A DNA stretch of 42,875 nt from an uncultured Ruminococcus sp. (GTDB lineage Bacteria > Bacillota > Clostridia > Oscillospirales > CAG-272), in the NCBI GenBank assembly GCA_902797235.1, contig CADBSB010000055.1:1-42875 (forward strand), written 5' to 3'. Below the pieces are notes generated by a model. The model worked only from the letters and a program-made list of their open reading frames with translations. It had not been told where the DNA came from and did no database searches. Shown piece after piece: positions 1-7,777 of the stretch; position 1 is the stretch's first letter; each line of letters starts with the position of its first letter. The position numbers and the translations under genes were made by a program.

Positions 1-357
1 CATAGCCTTCGCTATGACCTCGTGGTGGGAGCGGTGCGTACCGAATATGAAATCGTTTACGCCGAGCTCGTAAGCCTGACCGACAGCCGTCGCTTCCTCA
101 CCTAACGCAAGGTGGGAGGGACCCGGATATGTGAACTTTCTCTCGTTGTATTCGCCCTTCTTTTTAAGAGCAAGCAGCATTTCCTCAAATTCGCGGATCG
201 CTACCATATCGGCATACATTCCGAGGAAATCTTCCTTTGAAAAATTGTCTTTCTCTTCGGCAACAGTCTTGTTGTACTCACAGACCTTTATGTCTTTGAA
301 TTTGATGGTACGTTTTTTGAACTGATCCTTAGGATTGACAAGCATTGACTTAGGCAT
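1..357 (-). CDS. TPP-dependent 2-oxoacid (pyruvate/acetoin) dehydrogenase E1 component, alpha subunit. Only the N-terminal part is present; the gene runs off the window start.
   Basis: Absent from the ORF track because it is truncated. The minus-strand ATG at 357-355 is preceded by AAGGAGAAG. My translation is MPKSMLVNPKDQ...FTYPGPSHLALGEEATAVGQAYELGVNDFIFGTHRSHHEVIAKAM, which resembles an E1-alpha N-terminal region. It lies directly downstream of the E2 and E3 genes. Confidence 0.75.
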   Translation of the reverse strand, partial: MPKSMLVNPKDQFKKRTIKFKDIKVCEYNKTVAEEKDNFSKEDFLGMYADMVAIREFEEMLLALKKKGEYNERKFTYPGPSHLALGEEATAVGQAYELGVNDFIFGTHRSHHEVIAKAM

Positions 358-408
358 TGTTGTACTTCTCCTTGTATATAAATTATTTTTTACATTATTA
401 TTGCGGTA

Positions 409-1785
409 TTATTCGAATAACGCCTCGCGGATTATCTCACATACCGTCGGATGCGGGAATACGATCTCTTTGAGGTTGTCCACGGTCATTTCCGTCTCGA
501 TCATCATGGCTCCGCCGTAGATAAGCTCGGCGGCGTAGTTAGCGATAAGATGTACGCCTATAACTCTGTTGTACTTCTTGTCAATGATCACCTTGCAGAT
601 GCCGTCTCCGCCCTCGTTCTCGGCCAGATATCTGCCGCTGTACGCCATGGAGAGCTTCTTCACTTCTATGTCGTAGCCCTTCGCCTTAGCGGACGCCTCG
701 GTCTCACCGACGCAGCCGACCTCGGGATTGGTGTAGATAACGGACGGGATAGCGTTGTATCTCATTCTGTCCTTCTTGCCGAGGATGTTGTTGACGGCTA
801 CCTCGCCCTCGCGGTAAGCGGTGTGAGCGAGCATTATCTTGCCGTTTATATCGCCCGCGGCGTAGAGACCCGGTACGCTCGTTTTCAGGTATTCGTCCGT
901 GACGACGGCACCGCGTTCCATAACGGGATTGAGCGTTTCAAGTCCGTAGCCCTGCGTTACGGCTCGGCGGCCGATGGAGCAAAGCACCTTGTCGGCGGGA
1001 GCGATCTCGGACTTGCCGTCCGGCGTTTCGAACTGAACGCCCTCGGGAAGGACCGCGGTCACCTTGCAGCCGAGATTGAATTTGATGCCCTTCGCTTTGT
1101 AGTTGTTCAACAGTATCTTTGAAATATCCGCGTCCGTGGGGCCGGCGATATGATCGAGCATTTCGATTATCGTGACCTCGGAGCCGACGGAATTGTAGTA
1201 GGACGCCATTTCAAGACCGATGACGCCGCCGCCGATGACGACGAGCTTCTTCGGGATCTCCTGAAGGTCTAAGACCTCGCGGTTAGTCATGACGTAGCCC
1301 GTCTCGTACAGCTCGCGCAGACCGGGGATGGGCGGCATAACGGGCATGGAGCCTGTGCAGAGCAGCAGGTTCACGCCGCAGTACGTTTTGCCGTCGGCCT
1401 CGACCTTGAAGCCCTCGCCGTCCTTGCCGAGTATCTTGCCGTCCGCCATAACGACGGTGACGCCGGCGTGCTTTTCCTGCGCGCCGATACCGGAAACGAG
1501 CGTTTTCACTACTTTGTTCTTACGCGCAACAACAGCCTTCTGGTCTATGCTGCTGCCCGTTACGGCGACGCCGTATTTGTCGCCGTGCTTTGTGTAATCG
1601 TAGATCTTTGCGGAATATAAGAGAGCCTTCGAGGGGATGCAGCCTTCGTTTAAGCAAACGCCGCCGAGCGCTCTTTTTTCTATAAGAACGGTCTTCAAGC
1701 CGCCCTGGCTCGCTCTCAGCGCGGCGTTGTAGCCCGCGGGGCCGCCGCCTAAAATGATAAGATCAAAATTTTCCATAGTCATCAC
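409..1785 (-). CDS. lpdA: Dihydrolipoyl dehydrogenase (E3)
   Basis: FAD motif GGGPAGY, redox-active disulfide CLNEGCIPSK, second dinucleotide motif GGGVIGLE and C-terminal FPHPTVCE interface motif. 458 aa. Confidence 0.95.
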   Translation of the reverse strand: MMTMENFDLIILGGGPAGYNAALRASQGGLKTVLIEKRALGGVCLNEGCIPSKALLYSAKIYDYTKHGDKYGVAVTGSSIDQKAVVARKNKVVKTLVSGIGAQEKHAGVTVVMADGKILGKDGEGFKVEADGKTYCGVNLLLCTGSMPVMPPIPGLRELYETGYVMTNREVLDLQEIPKKLVVIGGGVIGLEMASYYNSVGSEVTIIEMLDHIAGPTDADISKILLNNYKAKGIKFNLGCKVTAVLPEGVQFETPDGKSEIAPADKVLCSIGRRAVTQGYGLETLNPVMERGAVVTDEYLKTSVPGLYAAGDINGKIMLAHTAYREGEVAVNNILGKKDRMRYNAIPSVIYTNPEVGCVGETEASAKAKGYDIEVKKLSMAYSGRYLAENEGGDGICKVIIDKKYNRVIGVHLIANYAAELIYGGAMMIETEMTVDNLKEIVFPHPTVCEIIREALFE

Positions 1786-1788
1786 CCG

Positions 1789-3156
1789 TTATTTGCAGAG
1801 CAGAAGAGAGAAATTCTCAAGCGCGGTGCAAAGATCCTTTAAGAATCTCGACGCCGGTGCGCCGTCTACGGCTCTGTGGTCGTAAGTGAGCGACAGCGCC
1901 ATAGCCTGATACGGCTTGACCTCGCCGTTGACGACCTTTACTCTCGTGGTGATCGTGTTTACGCCGAGTATACCCGTCTGAGGCGGATTGATAACGGGCG
2001 TAAAGGATTCGATACCGAAGGAGCCGAGGTTCGATATGGTGAAGGACGCGCCCTTCATCTTATCGGGTGCGAGCGTGCCGGCCTGCGCGGCTTTGGCAAG
2101 CTCTTTCGCTTCTTTGGAAATTTCGGCAAGCGATTTCTTGTCCGCGTTCATTATCGTCGGAACGAGAAGTCCCTTTTCCGTGTCAACGGCAACACCGAGA
2201 TGAACGCCCGTGAACTTGCGGAGAACGTCGCCTTCAAGCAGATGAGCGTTGAGGTTTGCGTGCTCGGGCTTTGCAAGAATTCTTGAAACGGCGTAAAGGA
2301 TTATGTCGTTCAAGGTGATGTTCGGCAGACCCAGAGCCTCGGCGTTCGCTTTCAGCTTGGCGCGGAACGCCATGATCTCCGTCGCGTCGAACGAGGACGT
2401 GTTGGTGAGCTGAGCCGTCGTTGCAAGAGAATTGAGCATGTTCTTTGCGATGGCGCGGCGTACGCCGGACATCTTCTCGTCAACGTATTCGGCCTTCTCT
2501 TCCGCTTTCGCGGGTGCTGCTGCGGCTGCGGGTGCCGCGGCGGGCTTGTCTATGTCCGCTACGGAGAACTTTCCGCCTATGCCGGAGCCGGCTTCGCCTG
2601 CGAAGGCGTCTGCGGCGGCATACGTTGCGCTCGGGCCGTTTTCGATCAGGCGTCTTACGTCGGCTTCACAAACTCTGCCCTCCGCGCCTGTCGGAACGGC
2701 GAATCTGTAATCCACGCCGGCCTTCTTTGCAAGAGCCTTTGCGCGGGGCGACGCGGGAACGAATCCCTCGGGTGCCGCGACGGGTGCCGCAGGCGCGGCG
2801 GGAGCCGCTTCAGCCTTGGGAGCTTCAGCCTTGGGCGCTTCCTCGGCGGGCTTTGCAGCCTCCTTCGGAGCCTCGGTGCCCTTCAGCATATCGGGTAAAA
2901 ACTCTTTTGTTGATTCGCCGGGCTGTCCTATGACCGCTATGTTGGTCATTATCGGTATCTCCGCGCCCTCTTCAAAGAAGACGTCGATCAGAGTACCGGA
3001 TGCGGGAGCCGGTTCGTCCGTGGTGGTTTTGTCAGTTTCGTAGGTGAAAAGGACTTCACCTTCCTTGACTTCCTCGCCCTTTTTTTTGTGCCATTCCGTC
3101 AATATGCAGCTTTCGACCGATATACCGACGTTAGGCATCAATACGGGTGTTGCCAT
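1789..3156 (-). CDS. Dihydrolipoamide acyltransferase (E2) of a 2-oxoacid dehydrogenase complex
   Basis: N-terminal lipoyl domain with ETDKT lipoyl-lysine context, Ala/Pro-rich linkers, subunit-binding segment ASPRAKALAKKAGVD and catalytic motif DHRAVDG near the C-terminus. GGAGGAATGA lies upstream of the ATG. Confidence 0.93.
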   Translation of the reverse strand: MATPVLMPNVGISVESCILTEWHKKKGEEVKEGEVLFTYETDKTTTDEPAPASGTLIDVFFEEGAEIPIMTNIAVIGQPGESTKEFLPDMLKGTEAPKEAAKPAEEAPKAEAPKAEAAPAAPAAPVAAPEGFVPASPRAKALAKKAGVDYRFAVPTGAEGRVCEADVRRLIENGPSATYAAADAFAGEAGSGIGGKFSVADIDKPAAAPAAAAAPAKAEEKAEYVDEKMSGVRRAIAKNMLNSLATTAQLTNTSSFDATEIMAFRAKLKANAEALGLPNITLNDIILYAVSRILAKPEHANLNAHLLEGDVLRKFTGVHLGVAVDTEKGLLVPTIMNADKKSLAEISKEAKELAKAAQAGTLAPDKMKGASFTISNLGSFGIESFTPVINPPQTGILGVNTITTRVKVVNGEVKPYQAMALSLTYDHRAVDGAPASRFLKDLCTALENFSLLLCK

Positions 3157-3213
3157 AAGTCATTCCTCCTGTTTTTGTAAACACTGCCGTGTTTCTATTT
3201 TGCATACACTATA

Positions 3214-3242
3214 ATAATATAGAAATAAGCAATATTTTTCAA
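3214..3242 (-). promoter_or_regulatory. Candidate sigma-A promoter for the E2-E3-E1 operon
   Basis: The minus strand reads TTGAAA, a 17 nt spacer, then TATTAT, about 55 nt upstream of the E2 start. Confidence 0.4.
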
Positions 3243-3295
3243 GCGCGTAATGTAAAAATTGTTAATTGAATTGTTGAAATATTTATATCGGCCAA

Positions 3296-3635
3296 GTCTT
3301 CCCCCGTTGGGGAAGGTGGCACGCGTAAAGGGGTTCCCCGCCGCGAACCGGTGAGCGGTGGGGGTTCGCGGATTGCGGTGGATGAGGCGAACACCGGCTC
3401 CGCAAACACACGGTCGAGGCTGTTATATAAACGGGTCGTCGAGGGCGCCGACCCCTACAGGGGGAGCGACGGGTCGTCGAAGGCGCCGACCCCTCAAGTC
3501 TATGGCTTGAGCGGAGGGGCCGGAGGGTTCCCCGCGTGACACGGTCACGCGGGGGTTCCCGTAGGCGAATATAACTCGGCTTTGCCGAATATAACTTGCG
3601 AAGCAAATATAACTCGCCGCAGGCGAATACAGTTG
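3296..3635. repeat. Intergenic mosaic repeat, locus A: terminal hairpin, GC-rich hairpin modules, a 24-nt direct repeat x2, and an AATATAAC-linker micro-hairpin array
   Basis: Hairpin CTTCCCC-CGTT-GGGGAAG at 3298-3315. GGGTCGTCGA(G/A)GGCGCCGACCCCT at 3433-3456 and 3471-3494. Hairpin CCCCGCGTGAC-ACG-GTCACGCGGGG at 3530-3554. Array at 3564-3635 with 3 exact AATATAAC linkers. The same modules recur at 16241-16376, 29012-29146 and 38701-38889. Confidence 0.85.
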
Positions 3636-3660
3636 AAAAAAGGGGATCGCTCCCCTTTTT
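3636..3660 (-). terminator. Intrinsic terminator of the C11 peptidase gene (sequence is symmetric, so potentially bidirectional)
   Basis: AAAAAAGGGGA-TCGC-TCCCCTTTTTT immediately after the stop codon at 3661-3663. Confidence 0.8.
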
Positions 3661-6030
3661 TCACATCTCCGGCGTCCAGTAATGCTGTCCGTATATATCG
3701 GTGAAGCGATAAACGGCGCTTACCTTTGAGCCCTCGGGCAGATATACGTTGCTTACCTGAAGCGTGCCGCCGACGGTTATCTGTTCTCCGAGCAGATAGC
3801 TGTCCCTGAAGCTTCCGTCGTAGCCGTAGTAATCGCAGAGGAAATCTATTTTATCTCCCTGCTGAAGCTCCGTGAGCTCCTTTGCTATCGTATCCGTCTC
3901 GCCGTTCTTATAATCGAATCTCGCGCCGGCTATATATCCGTTCGGGTTGTTGTTGTCAAACACGACTATGAGCTCGGCTCTGTCGCCGTTCAGGAGCACC
4001 GGGATCCTGCCGGTTATTTTGTACTCCTTAGAGCTCTTCCAGTACGTATCTGTATGATAATACGCGACGACGTGGTTGTTTACGGCAAGCCACGTTCCGT
4101 CGTACTCGCCGACGAGGTTCCAGTCCTTATCAAAATCGAATTCGTTGTCAAGTCCGAGGTCTATATATCCCTCTCCGTCGTCCAAGAACACGTTCTTTTC
4201 AAGGTCGGAGACGAGCTTCCACTGCTCCGCGTCGAGCGTCATTACCTTTTTGCCGTCCGACATTTTCCATTTGAGCTTTGAGGCGTCAAACTGGTTTTTG
4301 GCGACGTATGACGAGGCGGCGTTCGTGTCGAGCACCTGCAAGTATTCCGAATCCTTGCCCGCGGAATTCAAGAAGCTGCCGAGCAGGCTCGATATTATGT
4401 CCTCCGACTGTGTGCCGGACGAGGTGAACGTTCCGAGCAGTGACGATAACGGCGACGTCGTTCCGCCGGACGCGGTCTGTCCCGTCGTTTCATATCCGGC
4501 GAACTGCTTGATGCACTCCGCGTACTCCTTATCCATTCCTATCTGGTTATACGTCGCGACCGCCGTATCGACCTTTGACGGGTTGTTGTACGGGAAGTAT
4601 ATCGACAAGCCGTATGAATTCGTCATCTGAGAGGACGTGCGGTTGTATTTTACCGCGGAAAGTATCTTTTCCGCAAGCGCGGTGCCCTCTTTTGTTTTGA
4701 GGTTCTTTGCAAAGTGGACGAGGTCCACGAGGTCGCGCTTTGACGATACCGCGAACTCCCTCGTGCTGCTCCTCGCGTCCGATACCGCCTTGTATTCGTT
4801 TGACTTTATCATCGACGTCGTCGACGAGGCGAAGTCTTTAAGGCTCTGCGGCACGGTGCTCTGAAGCTCCGCGAGGTCGATCAGCGAAAGCGTTGTCTTG
4901 CTTCCGGAGTTCTTTTTTGCGCACGTATCCGTGTAGTCGTCTATTATCTTTTTGCCGAGCTCGGTCGTCGGCATGGACGTATTCCTCGACAGCTCGGTGA
5001 GCCAGTTCGTGTAGTACCATCCTATGCCGGGCTCCGTCTCCTCGCTCGCTATGAGATAGTCGGCGTGCTTTGTGAGCATAAGCGCGTTTTCCGTCGTAGC
5101 CATAAGACACGCGTCAAATCCCACAAAATCGAATTTGACGCCGGCGTTCGTCAGCGCGGTATTGATCGAGCCTATGCCCATGGCGCCCTTCGAGGTGTTC
5201 AGCTGGTCGTAGCCGAAGCCGCCGTTCGTTCCGCCGCCGTGATCCCAGAGGATAAGCTCGTATCTGTTAGCGGGATAATTGTCCCTGCAATACTTTATAA
5301 ACGACGTGAGCGTCGCGGAATCCGTCATAGCGCCCGTGCCGTAATTGCTTTCAAGACGTTTGAGACTGTTTTTTTCTATCTTATATATCTGATTTACCGA
5401 ATTGCTTATGCCGGAGGTCTTCCATTCCTTGCAGCCGCCGGTCAGGACTATCACGTTCACGTCGTCGGACAGCGCGGCGTTCGTCATCTCGCGCAGGTCG
5501 TTCGACGCCATGCCGCTCTTCGATTCAAGGTCGGTGCCGCAGAGATAGACCATTACGGTTACCTTATCCGTGTTCGCACCCTTTATAACGGTATATCTGT
5601 CGCGCGTGCCCGCTGCGACGGTCGTGTTCAGCGACGATTCATTGTTCGCGCCGTCCGACCAGCCCGTCGAAACGTTTGCCGAGGTGAAGTTCGACAAAAC
5701 GCTTGAAAGGTCCGTTCCGCCTATAAGGCCGCCTATGTCTGTTTCCGTGCCGCCGCCGAACAGATTGCTTATTATGCCGGACAATCCCGTGCCTCCGCCG
5801 ATGAGTACGACGACTACGGCTATGATTATGCCTATGAGCTTGCCTCTGCCCGTGCCGGCGCGCATCGTGCCGTTGTCATATCCGTCCGTTCCGGTCCTTC
5901 CGGAATATCCGCCCCGGTTTCCGACGGGTCCGTTACCCGTGCCGGTACCGCGGCGGTACGCGCCGTAGCCCTGCCCGGTAACGTTCTTTTCTCTTCCGCC
6001 CGGTCTGTTGTTATTGTTATCGTCAGCCAT
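3661..6030 (-). CDS. Membrane-anchored clostripain-family (peptidase C11) cysteine protease with a Gly/Arg-rich N-terminal tail and a roughly 300 aa C-terminal extension
   Basis: His/Cys dyad contexts ILWDHGGG and FVGFDACLMAT. One TM segment (LIGIIIAVVVVLIGG). I place the start at ATG 6030 (MADDNNNN), 6 nt after GGAGGT, rather than at the track start of 6090. Confidence 0.85.
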   Translation of the reverse strand: MADDNNNNRPGGREKNVTGQGYGAYRRGTGTGNGPVGNRGGYSGRTGTDGYDNGTMRAGTGRGKLIGIIIAVVVVLIGGGTGLSGIISNLFGGGTETDIGGLIGGTDLSSVLSNFTSANVSTGWSDGANNESSLNTTVAAGTRDRYTVIKGANTDKVTVMVYLCGTDLESKSGMASNDLREMTNAALSDDVNVIVLTGGCKEWKTSGISNSVNQIYKIEKNSLKRLESNYGTGAMTDSATLTSFIKYCRDNYPANRYELILWDHGGGTNGGFGYDQLNTSKGAMGIGSINTALTNAGVKFDFVGFDACLMATTENALMLTKHADYLIASEETEPGIGWYYTNWLTELSRNTSMPTTELGKKIIDDYTDTCAKKNSGSKTTLSLIDLAELQSTVPQSLKDFASSTTSMIKSNEYKAVSDARSSTREFAVSSKRDLVDLVHFAKNLKTKEGTALAEKILSAVKYNRTSSQMTNSYGLSIYFPYNNPSKVDTAVATYNQIGMDKEYAECIKQFAGYETTGQTASGGTTSPLSSLLGTFTSSGTQSEDIISSLLGSFLNSAGKDSEYLQVLDTNAASSYVAKNQFDASKLKWKMSDGKKVMTLDAEQWKLVSDLEKNVFLDDGEGYIDLGLDNEFDFDKDWNLVGEYDGTWLAVNNHVVAYYHTDTYWKSSKEYKITGRIPVLLNGDRAELIVVFDNNNPNGYIAGARFDYKNGETDTIAKELTELQQGDKIDFLCDYYGYDGSFRDSYLLGEQITVGGTLQVSNVYLPEGSKVSAVYRFTDIYGQHYWTPEM

Positions 6031-6186
6031 TTTGATACCTCCGTACCGATATATTACGTATATTTTACACCAAAAATTTGAAAAAAGCAATATTAAAACC
6101 GAAAAAACAGGTGTGTCAGGATAAAAAATACGTCATATAATAATAACGGCGCGGCGCAAAGCCGCGTACGGAAAGGATCTTTTCAT

Positions 6187-7047
6187 ATGGCAGAATTTAC
6201 CAACAGAGCGACATTGATCTACAACAACACAAGGACGTTATCGAACATGACGACGGGATTTTTGTCCGAAAGCCTTACGGCGGACAAAAATTCGCTGCAG
6301 CAATCCTATACCGCGGGCGACAGGATAACGTACGTCGTATCGCTCATAAACTCGGGTCAGACGGACTATGAAAATCTGACCGTCACGGACGATCTCGGCG
6401 CGTTCACGCCCGCGGGAGGAACGGCGCAGGTGTATCCGTTAACGTACGACGACGGCTCCGCCGCGCTTTACGTAAACGGTGCGGTACAGACGCCTCCCGT
6501 TCCGCAGACCGCCGAGCCCCTCGTTTTCACCGGGATCAGCGTACCGGCGGGCGGCAGCGCGGTGCTGATATATTCCGCGCAGGCAAACAGCGCGGCGCCG
6601 CTTTCGTCCGGCAGCTCGATCACGAACACGGCGACGGTATCGGGCGCCTCTCTCGGCGAGCCTCTTACCGCGTCCTGCACGCTGAACGTAAGCGACGCGC
6701 CGTATCTGACGGTCGAAAAAACGCTGTCTCCCTCGATGGTATCGCCGGGAGAGAGCATAACATACACGTTTGTGATAAGTAACTATGGCAACGCGGAAGC
6801 CGACGCTTCGGCGGACGTTTCGATAACCGACACGTTCTCGCCCGTACTTACCGGACTTACGGCGACCTTCAACGGAGCGGCGTGGGTTGTCGCCACGGAT
6901 TACACGTACTCCGAGACGACGGGCGAATTCGCGTCCGTTCCCGGCGTTATAACCGTACCCGCAGCGACGTACGTGACGGGACCCGACGGCACCGTGACGA
7001 CCACGCCCGGCACCGCGACGCTGGTGATCGAAGGAACGGTGGCGTAA
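6187..7047 (+). CDS. DUF11 / 'conserved repeat domain' protein (Ig-like fold repeats) with no recognisable signal peptide or sorting signal
   Basis: Two copies of the pattern L.V.K......V.PG..ITY...I.N.G...A, for example LTVEKTLSPSMVSPGESITYTFVISNYGNAEA. The N-terminus MAEFTNRATLIYNN has no hydrophobic leader. Confidence 0.7.
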   Translation: MAEFTNRATLIYNNTRTLSNMTTGFLSESLTADKNSLQQSYTAGDRITYVVSLINSGQTDYENLTVTDDLGAFTPAGGTAQVYPLTYDDGSAALYVNGAVQTPPVPQTAEPLVFTGISVPAGGSAVLIYSAQANSAAPLSSGSSITNTATVSGASLGEPLTASCTLNVSDAPYLTVEKTLSPSMVSPGESITYTFVISNYGNAEADASADVSITDTFSPVLTGLTATFNGAAWVVATDYTYSETTGEFASVPGVITVPAATYVTGPDGTVTTTPGTATLVIEGTVA

Positions 7048-7053
7048 TCCCTC

Positions 7054-7240
7054 TTGTTTGCGGCAGCAAACATATCGAACAAACCGCAAGGTTTGTATAT
7101 CGAATGCCCGTGGCATATATCGAACGCCGTCAGGCGTATATCGATAAGACAAGTCGATATATCGGCTTACGCCGATTCGATATGTTTTGCTCGACGCAAA
7201 ACTCGATATGCGCTTCGCGCTCGATATGGCTTCGCCGAGC
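7054..7240. repeat. Intergenic micro-hairpin array, locus B (ATATCGA-linker variant): two opposed sub-arrays
   Basis: ATATCGA at 7072, 7097, 7117 and 7138. Its reverse complement TCGATAT at 7154, 7177, 7203 and 7221. Each linker is separated from the next by a short perfect stem-loop with a different stem sequence, for example TGTTTGC-GGCA-GCAAACA, CAAACC-GCAA-GGTTTG, CGCC-GTCA-GGCG and GCGC-TTC-GCGC. Confidence 0.85.
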
Positions 7241-7241
7241 A

Positions 7242-7583
7242 TTAAGAAAGCCCGAAGCTTACGGACAGCGCTCCGTCGACCTCTGACATGAGGGCGTCGT
7301 CTATATGACCTATTTTTTCCTTTAACCTCCTTTTGTCTATCGTCCTGACCTGCTCGAGCAGGATGACGGAATCCTTTGACAGACCGCATCCCGACGTCAC
7401 TCCTATGTGCGTCGGGAGCTTTGTTTTCGATATCTGGCTCGTTATCGCGGCGGCGATGACCGTGGGGCTGTATCTGTTGCCCACGTCGTTCTGTATTATA
7501 AGTACCGGGCGCAGTCCTCCCTGCTCCGAGCCTACGACGGGCGAAAGATCCGCGTAATAAATATCTCCTCTGCTTACCTGCAT
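7242..7583 (-). CDS. mazF: MazF/EndoA (PemK family) mRNA interferase toxin
   Basis: 113 aa. [29 protein letters not shown]...LPTH...[14 protein letters not shown] is near-collinear with Bacillus EndoA/NdoA as I remember it. AAAGGAG lies about 10 nt upstream. Confidence 0.92.
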   Translation of the reverse strand: MQVSRGDIYYADLSPVVGSEQGGLRPVLIIQNDVGNRYSPTVIAAAITSQISKTKLPTHIGVTSGCGLSKDSVILLEQVRTIDKRRLKEKIGHIDDALMSEVDGALSVSFGLS

Positions 7584-7716
7584 TTTTTGCTTCTCCTTTT
7601 CATATTCCTTTGCGGGAGGGGAAACCTCGCCTGCAACGATATTCTTTCCATTTATATCCGCATCTAACGCAAAAAGCGTGATTTTTTAAAATTTTCCAAA
7701 ATTATTGCCGCGGGGC

Positions 7717-7745
7717 TTGAAAACGGCGTTATCATATGATATAAT
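7717..7745 (+). promoter_or_regulatory. Sigma-A promoter of the moxR operon
   Basis: TTGAAA, a 17 nt spacer, then TATAAT with TG at the extended -10 position, 32 nt upstream of the moxR ATG. Confidence 0.6.
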
Positions 7746-7777
7746 AATGAAACAAAATAAAATCACGGAGCGATAAA

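Noticed and set aside
3283-3606. ORFs of 107 aa (minus strand) and 62 aa (3351-3539, plus strand) inside repeat locus A
   Set aside because: They lie entirely within GC-rich palindromic repeat modules. The peptides are low-complexity and Arg/Pro/Gly-rich, with no ribosome-binding site. The same sequence modules occur in both orientations at other loci.
7054-7240. Possibility that the short-period arrays (here and at 3564-3635, 16241-16340, 29012-29080) are CRISPR arrays
   Set aside because: The repeats are only 8-9 nt and the intervening segments are 9-18 nt. Each of those segments is a self-complementary hairpin rather than a unique spacer. No cas genes or leader are present in the window.
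6439-7389. A 316 aa Arg-rich ORF on the minus strand
   Set aside because: It is antisense to the well-supported DUF11 gene, runs through the non-coding hairpin array and into mazF out of frame, and has an extreme Arg/Gly composition. This is a typical shadow ORF in GC-rich sequence.
7574-7651. A 25-codon ORF overlapping the mazF start, considered as a MazE antitoxin
   Set aside because: It is too short for a ribbon-helix-helix or AbrB-type antitoxin, has no convincing Shine-Dalgarno sequence, and is strongly basic rather than acidic at the C-terminus. I keep it only as a remark under the orphan-mazF finding.
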